64,000 bases of DNA from Centroscyllium fabricii (taxonomy: Eukaryota): the NCBI GenBank assembly GCA_051313645.2, contig JBNRSN020000005.1, positions 117,614,001 to 117,678,000 of the forward strand. Direction: 5' to 3'. A program made the position numbers and the translations under genes. Under the pieces are notes generated by a model. It had not been told where the DNA came from. It saw only the letters and a list, made by a program, of their open reading frames with translations, and did no database searches. Below, piece by piece: positions 1-10,164 of this stretch; position 1 is the stretch's first letter; every line of letters starts with the position of its first letter.

Positions 1-19
1 AAATCCGTAATACCAAACA

Positions 20-200
20 CAAGAGAGGCATAATGGGCCGCACATTACCACAAAGGACAGTGATAGGCTGCACATTTGGCTTACTAAAGATGAAATTCAG
101 CTGTTTAGACTTCACAGGGGCAGATGGCATACAGTCCAAAGAAAATCATTGAACATTTTGCTGCCTGTTGCATTCTGCACAGCATGCTAATTCAATGTGA
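20..200 (+). pseudogene. Degenerate Harbinger (HARBI1-like) transposase C-terminus
   Basis: Frameshifted translation ERHNGPHITT/RTVIGCTFGLLKMKFSCLDFTG/MAYSPKKIIEHFAACCILHSMLI matches the Harbinger motif ERYNxAHxxTRxxIERTFGLLKxRFRCLD..GG.L.YSP....ACCxLHN, also seen at 43700-43840. Confidence 0.75.
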
Positions 201-697
201 TACTACTGCTGACCTACCAGAGAGGGAAAAAGGTGGATGTACAGCAAAGGTAGACAACAGAAATTCTCTTTAAGGTATTATAATGGCCAAAAAAGATAGC
301 TATGTCTGTGCAGTCTCAAATTACTGTAACTCCCGAGGGAACAAGGGCAATACTTGTGCACATGTCATCTTGGCTACAGAGACAAGGATTAGACTATTTT
401 AAAGATGAAAGGCAGTACAATAAACAAGAAATAATTCAAAGGATTACCATCACCTAGAAATTGCTTTTTTACACAAGATGGGAGAATGAGCACCTGCTGA
501 TCAACCCTCAATATTGCTGGATTCAGCAGCAGGAGTACATTGTGCACTACACCCACATAGCAGGCTGACCAATAGAGCAACATATGCAACAACAAGGCAG
601 AGCAGCTGATTATGACATAAAAGAGGCATTTACACCATGGCTTTGTGAAGTGGAAAGCAGGCCAGGGGTTTGCATTGCAATATTGCTGGAATATTGC

Positions 698-1100
698 GGG
701 CAGCACGGTGGCATAGTGGTTAGCACTGTTGCCTTACAGCACTAGAGACCCGGGTTCAAATCCAGCCTCGGGTACTATCTGTGTGGAGTTTGCACATTCT
801 CCTCGTGTCTGCATTGGTTTCATCCGGGTGCTCCAGTTTCCTCCCACAGTCCAAAGATGTGCGGGTTAGGTTGATTGGCCATGATAAATTGACCCTTAGT
901 GTTAGGGGGATTGAATATGTGGGGTTACGGGGATAGGGTGGGATATGTGTCGGTGCAGGCTCGATAGGGATCGAGGGATATGGGGAGAAGGCAGGGACAG
1001 GGTACTGGGTTTGGATGATCAGCCATGATCTCATTGAATGGCGGAGCAGGCTCGAGGGGCCGAATGGCCTACTCCTGCTCCTATCTTCTATGTTTCTATG
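698..1100 (+). mobile_element. V-SINE (HE1-like), full length, long CR1-type tail
   Basis: tRNA-like head with A box GGTGGCATAGTGG and B box GGTTCAAATCC; V-domain TGTGTGGAGTTTGCAC...CCTCCCACAGTCCAAAGATG; tail ending in CTATGTTT-like repeats; flanked by GGAATAT(T)GC. Confidence 0.92.
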
Positions 1101-1114
1101 GAATATGCAGGTGT

Positions 1115-1345
1115 TCAGGGCTTGCAAGAGCGATTTTCCTAATTACCTATGCAAAATGTCCACCCACAAAACAGTGGATAGGAGGGCAGTTCTCTATGAA
1201 ACTGAAGGGCATCCTCTCCAGATCGACCCAGTACAGCAGGCTTGGGAACAAATCATTGAAAGAGTAAGTGCTTTCTATAGTATACAATCAGTCAGGAAGG
1301 TGGAGAATGTCAAAAAAGCATCCAAGATAATGCTAAGTTACAGTT
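1115..1345 (+). pseudogene. Degenerate Harbinger Myb/SANT-like gene, exon 1
   Basis: VDRRAVLYETEG...QQAWEQIIERVSA...RKVENVKK resembles the NAIF1/MSANTD-type trihelix domain and the exon at 45771-46010. Confidence 0.6.
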
Positions 1346-2036
1346 TGAAATGTCATGTGACAGCCCTAAGTGAGCATGCACAAAGTGTATCCTCATAACA
1401 TGTAAATAATTTTATGCTGGACCATCATAACCACCAGGAATTAAAGTTTATTCCTTGCAGTCCTACCATGAGAGACATAAAAATGCTGTATAACTCAAGG
1501 GGGGAAAGATTTGTGTTCGCCAGCAAAGTTGCCGGTGTCAACTGCAGTCAACAGCTGCTGGAAATAGCCACAATACTAACCAAGTGAAATTGGTCTGGGG
1601 GGCATGGAGATAGGTAGCGCAGCGATCACCTGCTGTGTAACGCTGTCCTTTGCTGGAGGGATCTGGGACAAGGTTCCTGTCCCGGTCTGGCATTGCAACT
1701 TCCCACAATCTCTGTGAGCAAAGTTGTGGAGCTCACAAGGAATTGTGGTTAATGAAGAGGCCTGAGAATTAAAGGGGCTATGCACACTGAAGCAATACAA
1801 AATAAAATGCAGTGAATCAATGCATTTTTCAGCCCTTTCAGAAATATTCAATGGGCCAGAAATTAGCCTGGGAGCCTTCGTGCGAGTGTAGGGCTCCTAT
1901 TTGCACTTACCCAGCACTTCTGCCGTTTTGAAATTTTCCACTGTGAACTCCCGAGTTGTACAGCTTGTGAAAGCTCTGTACGAGCAGCTGGTGCAACTGA
2001 AGGGCGTAATTAATTCAAAATCTCGCACAAGACCAC

Positions 2037-2316
2037 TGTGGTAACCTATAATGTTATGTATACCACTGCATTCTTGTTGCCAATAATTGGCTGTGTATAT
2101 GTGATACACAGCCCTGTGATACTGTCGGGAGCCAGGTCAGCCACACCTCTAACTCCTCCCCCAGGTGAGGCCTTTATAGGTGGAGACTGACTGAGGCTCC
2201 CTCATTCCTGCTTAGATGTTCATTCGGAGGGTAGCTCCTAAGTAAGTGATTAAAAGCCTATAGTTACGGTAACTACTCGTTGAGTCTTTTAATCTGAAGA
2301 TATTGACGATACGTCA
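2037..2316 (+). repeat. 5' LTR
   Basis: TG...CA ends; TATA-like TTTATA 2173-2178; Inr-like CTCATTC about 2201-2207; ATTAAA 2249-2254. Confidence 0.95.
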
Positions 2317-2340
2317 ATTTTAATCACTTAAAGTTTTAAA

Positions 2341-3564
2341 ATGGAGAGCGGTGCAGTAAAGCCAGAAAAGCTGGATATCAGTCCACAGGACCCTGCCGCC
2401 GCCACCACGTTCGAACACTGGTTCGGTCTCCTGGAGGCCTATATGGACGCCGCCAAGGCTACAACCGACGGGAACAAGCTACAGGTTCTCCGGTCCAGGA
2501 TCTCCAGCCAAGTATTCTCCCTCATCCGAGACGCCAAAACCTACCCAGGGGCAGTGGAAAAGCTGAGGAAATGCTACGAGCGCCCGGTCCATTCGGTCTA
2601 CGCCAGACATGTGCTCGCGACCAGACCACAACTACCGGGTGAGACTAATGAACAATTTGAGCAAGCGCTCCAGGCCCTGGTACGGGTCTGTGGCTGCCAA
2701 GCCCGGAAAGCAGAAGAGGAGGCGAACCTCCTCGTTCGAGACGCATATGTAACTGGACTAAGGTGCGTGGAGGCCCGCCAGCGGCTGCTTGAAAAAGACA
2801 CTTTGTCCCTCGAAGACGCGATTGCTATATCTAACTCAGTGGAAGGAGCGCGCAACAAACTGCAAGCTTACAGCGGCACAAACCCGCAGGCCTACGACAT
2901 GTGGGCCGCGCCACAACGGGCCCAGGCCTGGGCAGCACCACAACGGGTCAAGACCCCCACGATGGCTGCGACAGCCACAAAAGACAAACGCTGCTACTTC
3001 TGCAGCCAGGGACTGCACCCGAGAGCGAGATGCCCAGCAAGGACCGCGACCTGTGAGAGGTGCGCCAAGAAGGGACATTACACAAAGGCTTGCAGATCAG
3101 CACCAGCAGCGCCCAACTCCAGGTACAACAGCGCAGCCTGTGAAAGCGACAGACCTCAGGTAAGCTGCAATAGCAGTGCAATCCAGCGACGGCCCGGGGT
3201 AGGAGGAAAGCGTCCCCAGCTCCCACCCCGATGCGGCAAAGGCCGGCCAAGCGCGACCCCCCAACGCCAGCAGCAGACCCAATGCGGCCGGCTGCGTGCG
3301 AATCACGGGCACCGCCAACCCGACCACCGCGGCTCGCTGCGTGCGAACCACGGGCACCGCCAACCCGACCACCGCGGCCCACCATGTGCGACCCCTTGGC
3401 GCCGCCATTTTGTCCCCAGGGCCCCACCATGTGCGAGCCAGGGGCGCCGCCATTTTGTATACAGCCCTAACCAGCAGGGGGCCCACACACACAAAAGCAC
3501 ACGTCTGCTTCAGCTATACCCAGAGTGGACCAGGACAGGCCACACACCCTGTCTAACTCAATAA
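2341..3564 (+). CDS. gag: Gypsy Gag (native frame probably leaves this ORF near 3150-3230)
   Basis: ORF starts 24 nt after the LTR; two zinc knuckles CYFCSQGLHPRARC and CERCAKKGHYTKAC. Confidence 0.88.
   Translation: MESGAVKPEKLDISPQDPAAATTFEHWFGLLEAYMDAAKATTDGNKLQVLRSRISSQVFSLIRDAKTYPGAVEKLRKCYERPVHSVYARHVLATRPQLPGETNEQFEQALQALVRVCGCQARKAEEEANLLVRDAYVTGLRCVEARQRLLEKDTLSLEDAIAISNSVEGARNKLQAYSGTNPQAYDMWAAPQRAQAWAAPQRVKTPTMAATATKDKRCYFCSQGLHPRARCPARTATCERCAKKGHYTKACRSAPAAPNSRYNSAACESDRPQVSCNSSAIQRRPGVGGKRPQLPPRCGKGRPSATPQRQQQTQCGRLRANHGHRQPDHRGSLRANHGHRQPDHRGPPCATPWRRHFVPRAPPCASQGRRHFVYSPNQQGAHTHKSTRLLQLYPEWTRTGHTPCLTQ
3291..3458 (+). repeat. Four roughly 45-bp tandem units (2+2) in the Gag-protease linker
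   Basis: GCTGCGTGCGAA.CACGGGCACCGCCAACCCGACCACCGCGGC at 3291 and 3336; ACCATGTGCGA...GGCGCCGCCATTTTGT at 3381 and 3426. Confidence 0.9.
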
Positions 3565-6448
3565 CGCCCATCAAAATAAACGGCCAAACTACTAATTGCC
3601 TATTTGACACAGGAAGCACGGAGAGCTTTGTGCACCCCGATACAGTGCGGCGCTGCGGACTGCAGATCCTGCCCACAAAATACCAAGTCTCCCTTGCTTC
3701 AAAGTCCCACACCGCGGACATCACCGGCTACTGCTCCGTCACGCTCACCGTCAAGGGGTGCGTGTACCGTAATTTTAAATTGTACACCCTCCAGCAGTTG
3801 TGTGCCCCAGCCTTACTAGGTCTGGATTTCCAGTGCCACCTCAAGAGCGTGACAATGGAGTTCGCCGGGACCTTGCCCCCCCTCACCGTCAGTAGCCGGG
3901 ACAGTCCCTTCCCAAAGCGGAGCGCGGCCTGCGGCCTCTCCACCCTGAAAATCGATACCCCCTCACTGATCGCCAACCTCGACCCCAAGTGCAAACCTAT
4001 TGCTACAAAGAGTCGGCGGTACAGTGTGGGGGATCGCACGTTTATCAGGTCGGAGGTCGGGCGGATGCTGAAGGAGGGGATAATTGAAGCCAGCACCAGC
4101 CCCTGGCGCGCCCAGGTTGTAGTGGTAAAGTCTGGCGAGAAACAACGGCTGGTGATCGACTACAGCCAGACCATCAAACGCTACACCGGGCTCGACGCCT
4201 ACCCCATTCCCCGCATCTCGGAAATGGTCAATCAGATCGCCCAGTACAAGGTGTTCTCCACGATCGACCTTATGTCAGCGTATCACCAACTCCCGATCCG
4301 GAAAGCCGACCGCCCCTACACCGCCTTCGAGGCGAACGGTCGGCTCTACCACTTCCTCCGGGTCCCCTTCGGCGTGACCAACGGAGTGTCAGTGTTCCAG
4401 CGGGAGATGGACCGTATGGTTGACCAGAACGGGTTGAAGGCCACCTTCCCCTACCTGGACAACGTGACCATCTGCGGCCACAACCAGCAGGACCATGATG
4501 CCAATCTGGCCAAATTTCTCGACACGGCGGATAAGCTGGACCTCACGTACAACAAAGACAAATGTGTTTTTAATACAGACCGGCTCGCCATCCTCGGATA
4601 CGTGGTGGAGAACGGGGTCCTCGGCCCCGACCCACAGTGTATGCGACCCCTTCAAGAACTGCCCCTACCTCACAACCCTAAAGCCTTGAGGAGATGCCTA
4701 GGATTTTTCTCCTACTACGCACAATGGGTCCCACAGTTCGCGGACAAGGCTAGACCACTCCTCAAGGCTGCCGTTTTCCCCCTTTCGGTAGAAGCCCAAA
4801 CGGCATTCGCCCGGATAAAGGAAGACATCATCAAGGCGACCATGCTCGCTGTTGATGAATCCATTCCCTTCCAGGTGGAGAGCGACGCTTCGGACTTTGC
4901 CCTTGCTGCCACCCTGAATCAGGCAGGCAGGCCCGTAGCGTTTTTCTCCCGCACCCTACAGGGACCCGAAACTCGCCACTCAGCAGTGGAAAAGGAGGCC
5001 CAGGCCATCGTGGAGGCCGTGCGCTACTGGCGTCATTACCTGGCCGGTAAGCGTTTTACCCTTCTCACCGACCAACGGACGGTGGCGTTTATGTTTAATA
5101 ATAAACAGAAGGGTAAGATCAAGAATGATAAGATCCTGCAGTGGCGGATCGAGCTCTCGACTTACGAGTATGACATTCTTTACCGACCAGGCAAACTCAA
5201 TGAACCCCCGGACGCACTGTCCAGGGGAACGTGCGCCAGTGCCCAGCTAGACCGGCTGAAGGACCTCCACGACCGCCTTTGCCACCCGGGTGTCACCAGA
5301 CTCGCCCACTTCGTTAGATCCCGTAGCCTCCCCTACTCCATCACGGAGATCAAGGCTATGACCCGAGAGTGCCCTGTCTGCGCCGAGTGCAAACCCCAAT
5401 TTTTCCGGCCAGACACGTGCACCTCATCAAGGCCACCCGCCCCTTTGAACGTCTAAGCGTGGACTTCAAAGGCCCCCTCCCCACCACCGACCGCAACTCA
5501 TACTTCCTCACGGTCGTAGATGAGTTCTCCCGCTTCCCCTTCGCCTTCCCCTGCGCAGATATGACGAGCGCAACGGTGATAAAACACTTCACCACGCTGT
5601 TCGCCATTTTTGGTCTCCCCAGCTACATCCATAGCGACCGGTGGTCATCGTTCATGAGCGATGAATTGCGTCAGTTTCTGCTCCAGAAAGGGGTCGCCAC
5701 GAGCAGAACGACCAGTTATAACCCCCGGGGGAACGGCCAGGTAGAAAGGGAGAATGGGATCATCTGGAAGGCGGTCACCCTGGCTCTGAAGTCCAGAGGC
5801 CTTCCAGTGGCCCATTGTCAGGCAGTCCTCCCAGACACGCTGCATTCTATACGCTCTCTCCTATGTACGGCCACTAACGCAACTCCTCATGACTTGATTT
5901 TTTCTTTTCCCCGGAAGTCAACTTCGGGGACAGCTCTTCCTCCATGGCTGACGACACCGGGGCCGGTCTTCCTTAGAAGACACGTCTGAGGCCACAAGAC
6001 TGACCCCCTGGTGGACAAGGTGCAGCTCCTGCATGCGAACCCGCAATATGCATTCGTGCAGTTCCCGGACGGGCGTGAGGACACCGTATCCATCAGGGAC
6101 CTGGCGCCCGCAGGAAGCACCGCAGAGCCCCGGGTCGGTCAGCAGGCCGCTCAGCTACAGTACCCAGAACACCCCCTACACCTACAATGGCCTCCGAGTT
6201 TCCCAGAGCCCCAGCAGTGGCCAACCCAGGACCACCACTCCGATAGCTCGGACCAGCGGAGACCATCACCACCTGAAACCATGGCACCAGGGCAACTGTC
6301 GCCACCAGCGGACCCGAACAGCACGGACCATGAGGGATCATCACCGGAACTCCGGCGGTCCTCCAGGCTGGCACGACCACCGGATAGGCTGATATTGAAC
6401 TGCTCGGTCCATTCACCCCCCGGACTTAAAATTTTCAAGAAGGGGTGA
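3525..6448 (+). pseudogene. pol: Gypsy Pol (protease, RT, RNase H, integrase), disrupted
   Basis: Protease LFDTGS; RT SPW..RLVIDY..IDLMSAYHQ..VPFGV..YLDN; RNase H ESDASD..EKEA..LTDQ; integrase HHCC plus D-D-E. Lesions: frameshift about 5415, TGA at 5987, and an upstream in-frame TAA at 3468. Confidence 0.93.
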
Positions 6449-6449
6449 A
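6437..6449 (+). promoter_or_regulatory. Polypurine tract
   Basis: AAGAAGGGGTGAA directly abuts the 3' LTR. Confidence 0.85.
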
Positions 6450-6729
6450 TATGGTAACCTATAATGTTATGTATACCTCTGCATTCTTGTTGCCAATAAT
6501 TGGCTGTGTATATGTGATACACAGCCCTGTGATACTGTCGGGAGCCAGGTCAGCCACACCTCTAACTCCTCCCCCAGGTGAGGCCTTTATAGGTGGAGAC
6601 TGACTGAGGCTCCCTCATTCCTGCTTAGATGTTCGTTCGGAGGGTAGCTCCTAAGTAAGTGATTAAAAGCCTATAGTTACGGTAACTACTCGTTGAGTCT
6701 TTTAATCTGAATATATTGACGATACGTCA
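6450..6729 (+). repeat. 3' LTR
   Basis: 276/280 identical to 2037-2316; begins TA instead of TG. Confidence 0.95.
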
Positions 6730-7417
6730 ACCACGTGATCGGCAGGGAGCCAATCAATGGAAGCAATCCTCCATTCAAAACTTACACGGAGAAATCTCTG
6801 TAACTTTTGAAAAGAGAGATCTTCCAAAACACATCTAAACTCAAAAATAAAATTTTAAAAACACATTTTTTAACAGTATTCCAACTAACATAAATTACCT
6901 ATTTTAAAGAAAAAATAAAAATGTAGATTTTTTTTTACAGTCTTTAACAGGCCTAAAAGAATACTTACCTGTGTTTAAAGATTAAAAAAATAAAAACCTG
7001 TAAGAACAATACTTAAAATCTATAAAATAAACACTTACCTGCTAAAAACAGGTGCTTACGTACGGTATTTTCAAGCGTAGAATCTTCACTACTTACCATG
7101 ATGAAAAACTCTGGAAAAAAATGAAAGTTTACTGCGCACCCTGTTGTGCGCAGGCGAGTGCGATCCTCATCGCAGCAGCTCTGCCCCCCGCCCCCCCCCC
7201 ACTGGCCGCCTTCGGAAATGCATGGAGCAGCTGCAAACGGCTGCTCCGTGTGATTTGGAGCTCGGGTGCGCTTACACCCGGCTCCAAATCAATATGCGAT
7301 CATCGGAAATACTGGGCCAATATTTAAAAGAAGTTCCAAATGTGAATATTCAGCTGTTAAAGCTGAATTACCTTCCTAACCTCAACAAATTGGAAACCTG
7401 CCTCAGCACTAACAGAG

Positions 7418-7646
7418 ATGGCTCAGCAAGCCAGTAAAGGGGCACTGTGGGTCTTACACGCAGCATTCCAACCTTGTGCAGGGGGTTAACATTGAAAGAC
7501 CGGCCCTCTACCCACAGGTGCCAGGAGGCCCTCCACAAAGAATGATGTGGGATCACATCACTAAGGCCGTCATTGCCAGCAGAGTCACCCCCACCACCTG
7601 ACTCCAGTGCCCAAAGAAGCTTCATGACCTCAGACCACTGCTCAAG
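7418..7646 (+). pseudogene. Harbinger Myb/SANT-like exon 1 remnant
   Basis: MAQQ...LVQGV...LYPQ...WDHITKAVIA...T*LQCPKKLHDLRPLLK followed by donor GTCAGT; homologous to 45771-46010. Confidence 0.7.
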
Positions 7647-8119
7647 GTCAGTGAATGCATTTTCAAAAGCTAGCTCCTACCAACTGCACCACTAGCCTCA
7701 CACACTGCTCAATGCACAATACCCAATCACTCACCTCCCAATAATCTGCACCAATGACGAGGCACATGTCCCATTTCTAGCCTCACCTCACCCCCTTCGC
7801 AAAAAGGATACAAAATGCTGGTATCCTCATACGTTGTCCTCCTTCTGGCATGCACCTCTTGCTTCCCCGCCCTCCCAACAGCACAACTGCACCCTTGTGC
7901 CTTTCTTATTTCATCCACACAAAAAATGCAGCCTGCCCAGCCAGTGGGTCAACAAGAAGAGGCCAGCCAGTGGGACCGCAGGCAGATGATTCCATCCTGG
8001 ACATCCTGGCCACAAAGGAGCTATCTGGGATGCATTCTTCTGTCTGATTCATCCTCTTTGGCTTCCTCCTCTTCCGTGTCGTCCTCTTCTGCGTTTTCCT
8101 CTACCCTCTGCAAGTGAAA

Positions 8120-8241
8120 TGACAGCATAAAATGCTGCAAATACTCAGTTGGTCAGGTAGCATGTCGACCTGAGATGTGGACTATGTTTTTCTCTTCATG
8201 GATGTTGCATGACCTGCTGAGTATTTGCAGCATGTTTTGTC
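8120..8241. mobile_element. Penelope-like pLTR fragment in inverted (hairpin) configuration
   Basis: ATGCTGCAAATACTCAG ... CTGAGTATTTGCAGCAT inverted arms; same family as 12431 and 28791. Confidence 0.65.
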
Positions 8242-8858
8242 TTCTGAAAGGCCTTCATTTACCATCTGAGCCCTTGCAAGCATCTAGCAGCACTCCTTAC
8301 CCACTTAAAAAACATTTTACATCTACTGCAGCAAGCCACCACTTCAATAAAATCAAACTTACCTGAGTGAAGTGTGTGTTCCTTTAAGAGCTGTAGACAT
8401 CGCCACTGTCAGCCTGCTTGCATGGCAGGTTTAGCTGGCGTGCCTATGACCTAGCTAGGGTCGAAGTTCGCGTTGGTGATGTTAAGTCGGCATTGCACGC
8501 CGATTGACATCACGAGCCGCCATTTTTTTCTTACAGGGCACTGCCAGTTACCGGCAGCACAAAGGGGAAGAGGAAAATGGTGACCGCCGCGGGACCTGCC
8601 ACCAGCTGGCGAAAGAGCAGCTGCCGCAATTTTATTGCCATTTCATGGCACTACGGAGTGGCAGTAAGTATATGAATTTCTAGTCCAAGGTACCCAAAAA
8701 CATTGAAGAGGCTTGACACAAGGTGCCCTTTTAGATCAAACTAGATGCATGAGGCATATACATTTAATGCCAGACAGGTTGGGCTGAAGGATGAACAGCA
8801 GTACATGACTGTGCTACTTAAATTTATACAGTCTCAAGATGATTTATCTACTTGCAGG

Positions 8859-8990
8859 ATAGGATAGCACCTAGAAGAGAGTAGACAAGAACTGGAGCAA
8901 GTCCCAGACATTACAAGCCCTTGACTCCATTTGAGGAAGCCATCTTTGATGCCATTGGAGTGAAAACTTTAAGGCAGTAGGCGACATAGA
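8859..8990 (+). pseudogene. Harbinger Myb-like gene exon 2 remnant
   Basis: After acceptor TTGCAG: DRIAPRRE*TRTGASPRHYKPLTPFEEAIFDAIG, which aligns with DKVAHNRRN*ELTSGG...LTPMEEVMLPIIG at 45342-45499. Confidence 0.65.
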
Positions 8991-9212
8991 AGCCTTTTTA
9001 TGCAGATCATTGCATTATGAATAAAGGCTCAAATGGCCACATGGGTGCAATCAATAATCGCCTATACTTTAGAAAATCCAGCAGTTAAATGGAATTGGGC
9101 AGTCCTGTCATACTTCTGTTACTAGTTGTTGGGAAAATAGATGAAAGGGTATGCAGTCCTAAATAAGGCATCAGTCACTTCTTTGATGCACCTACGGGCA
9201 GCAAGTTGGCTG

Positions 9213-9523
9213 ATCATAGAATCCCTACAGTGCAGATAGAGTCCATTTCGGCCCATCGAGCCTACACCGACACATATCCCACCTTATCCCCGTAACCCCA
9301 CATATTCAATCCCCCTAACACTAAGGGTCAATTTATCCTGGCCAATCAACCTAACCCGCACATCTTTGGACTGTGGGAGGAAACCGGAGCACCCGGAGGA
9401 AACCCACGCAGACACGGGGAGAATGTGCAAACTCCACACAGATAGTCACCCGAGGCCGGATTTGAACCCGGGTCTCTAGTGCTGTGAGGCAACAGTGCTA
9501 ACCACTATGCCACCGTGCCGCCC
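9213..9523 (-). mobile_element. V-SINE (HE1-like), short-tail subfamily
   Basis: Same head and body as 698-1100, but the tail is GGGCCGAAATGG...CTGTAGGGATTCTATGA. Confidence 0.9.
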
Positions 9524-9721
9524 TTATACAGATGATGCCATTGCACCATCCTTGAAAAAAATCAGAAGCATGAAAATAAAAGGCTATGGTCACCTTGGCA
9601 GTGCCATACTCATGTTTGAAATTAATTACAGAGGTAACTTCTTCAGCCTTTGCTAGGTAGCTATGCCTTGATATGTAGTTGTGATAATGGCATAGTGGTG
9701 GATTTGAACAGTGCACCTTTA

Positions 9722-9880
9722 TCAATTTCAATTCAATTCAATTTCAATTCAAGTTTTATTGTCATTGCAGAGTATTAGTACAATACAACGAGACGAAGAC
9801 TCGCCGCTCCCGCGAGTAGTGCAAATAAATTACATGCAAATTGCATACAGTAAAGTACATTTTCAGGTGTGCAGGTACCG

Positions 9881-9919
<39 letters not shown>

Positions 9920-10164
9920 TTCAGGAGGCTGACAGCCCTGGGGAAGAAGCTGTTCTTAAATCTAGTCGTGCAGGTGCGAATTGATCTGTGGCGTCTCCCG
10001 GAGGGCAGGGGGGCGAACAGACTGTGGCTGGGGTGTGTGGGGTCTTTAATAATCTTCAGATACCTCCGTAGGCAGCGTTTGAGGCAGATGCTTTCAATTG
10101 ACGGTAGCTGGGTACCGGTGATTCGTTGGGCAGTTTTGACTACCCGCTGCAGGGCCTTCCGGTC
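9722..10164 (-). mobile_element. Rex1/Babar LINE, 5'-truncated
   Basis: (TTGAA)n tail; near-identical to 42591-42999; long poly-T run at about 9884-9913. Confidence 0.88.

Larger units (their letters stand above)
2037..6729 (+). mobile_element. Full-length Ty3/Gypsy LTR retrotransposon, recently inserted but disabled
   Basis: Two 280-bp LTRs with 4 mismatches; 5-bp TSD ACCAC (2032-2036, 6730-6734); gag-PR-RT-RH-IN order; PPT before the 3' LTR. Confidence 0.97.
1853..7318. mobile_element. Harbinger-type MITE interrupted by the Gypsy element
   Basis: Imperfect TIRs GGGCCAGAAATT / AAATACTGGGCC; AAT TSD (1850-1852, 7319-7321); subterminal hairpin GATTTGGAGC..GCTCCAAATC at 7252-7290. Confidence 0.7.
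1500..8686. mobile_element. Internally deleted Harbinger element, expanded by nested insertions
   Basis: Ends GGGGGAAAGATTT / AATTTCTAGTCC, each flanked by AAG (1497-1499, 8687-8689); Myb exon 1 remnant at 7418-7646 and intron pieces homologous to 45130-45770; acidic transposase tail remnant on the minus strand at about 7970-8110. Confidence 0.6.

Noticed and set aside
698-770. tRNA gene-like A/B boxes (also 9450-9523, 26140, 31094, 56472)
   Set aside because: These are SINE heads continuing into SINE bodies.
2598-3724. Antisense ORFs over gag/pol
   Set aside because: Shadows of GC-rich coding sequence and repeats.
6130-6448. Possible env or chromodomain after integrase
   Set aside because: Only a Pro/Ser-rich tail ending LRRSSR; no transmembrane or chromodomain signature.
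6961-6971. ATACTTACCTG equals the U1 snRNA 5' end
   Set aside because: No U1 body follows; treated as an antisense splice-donor motif.
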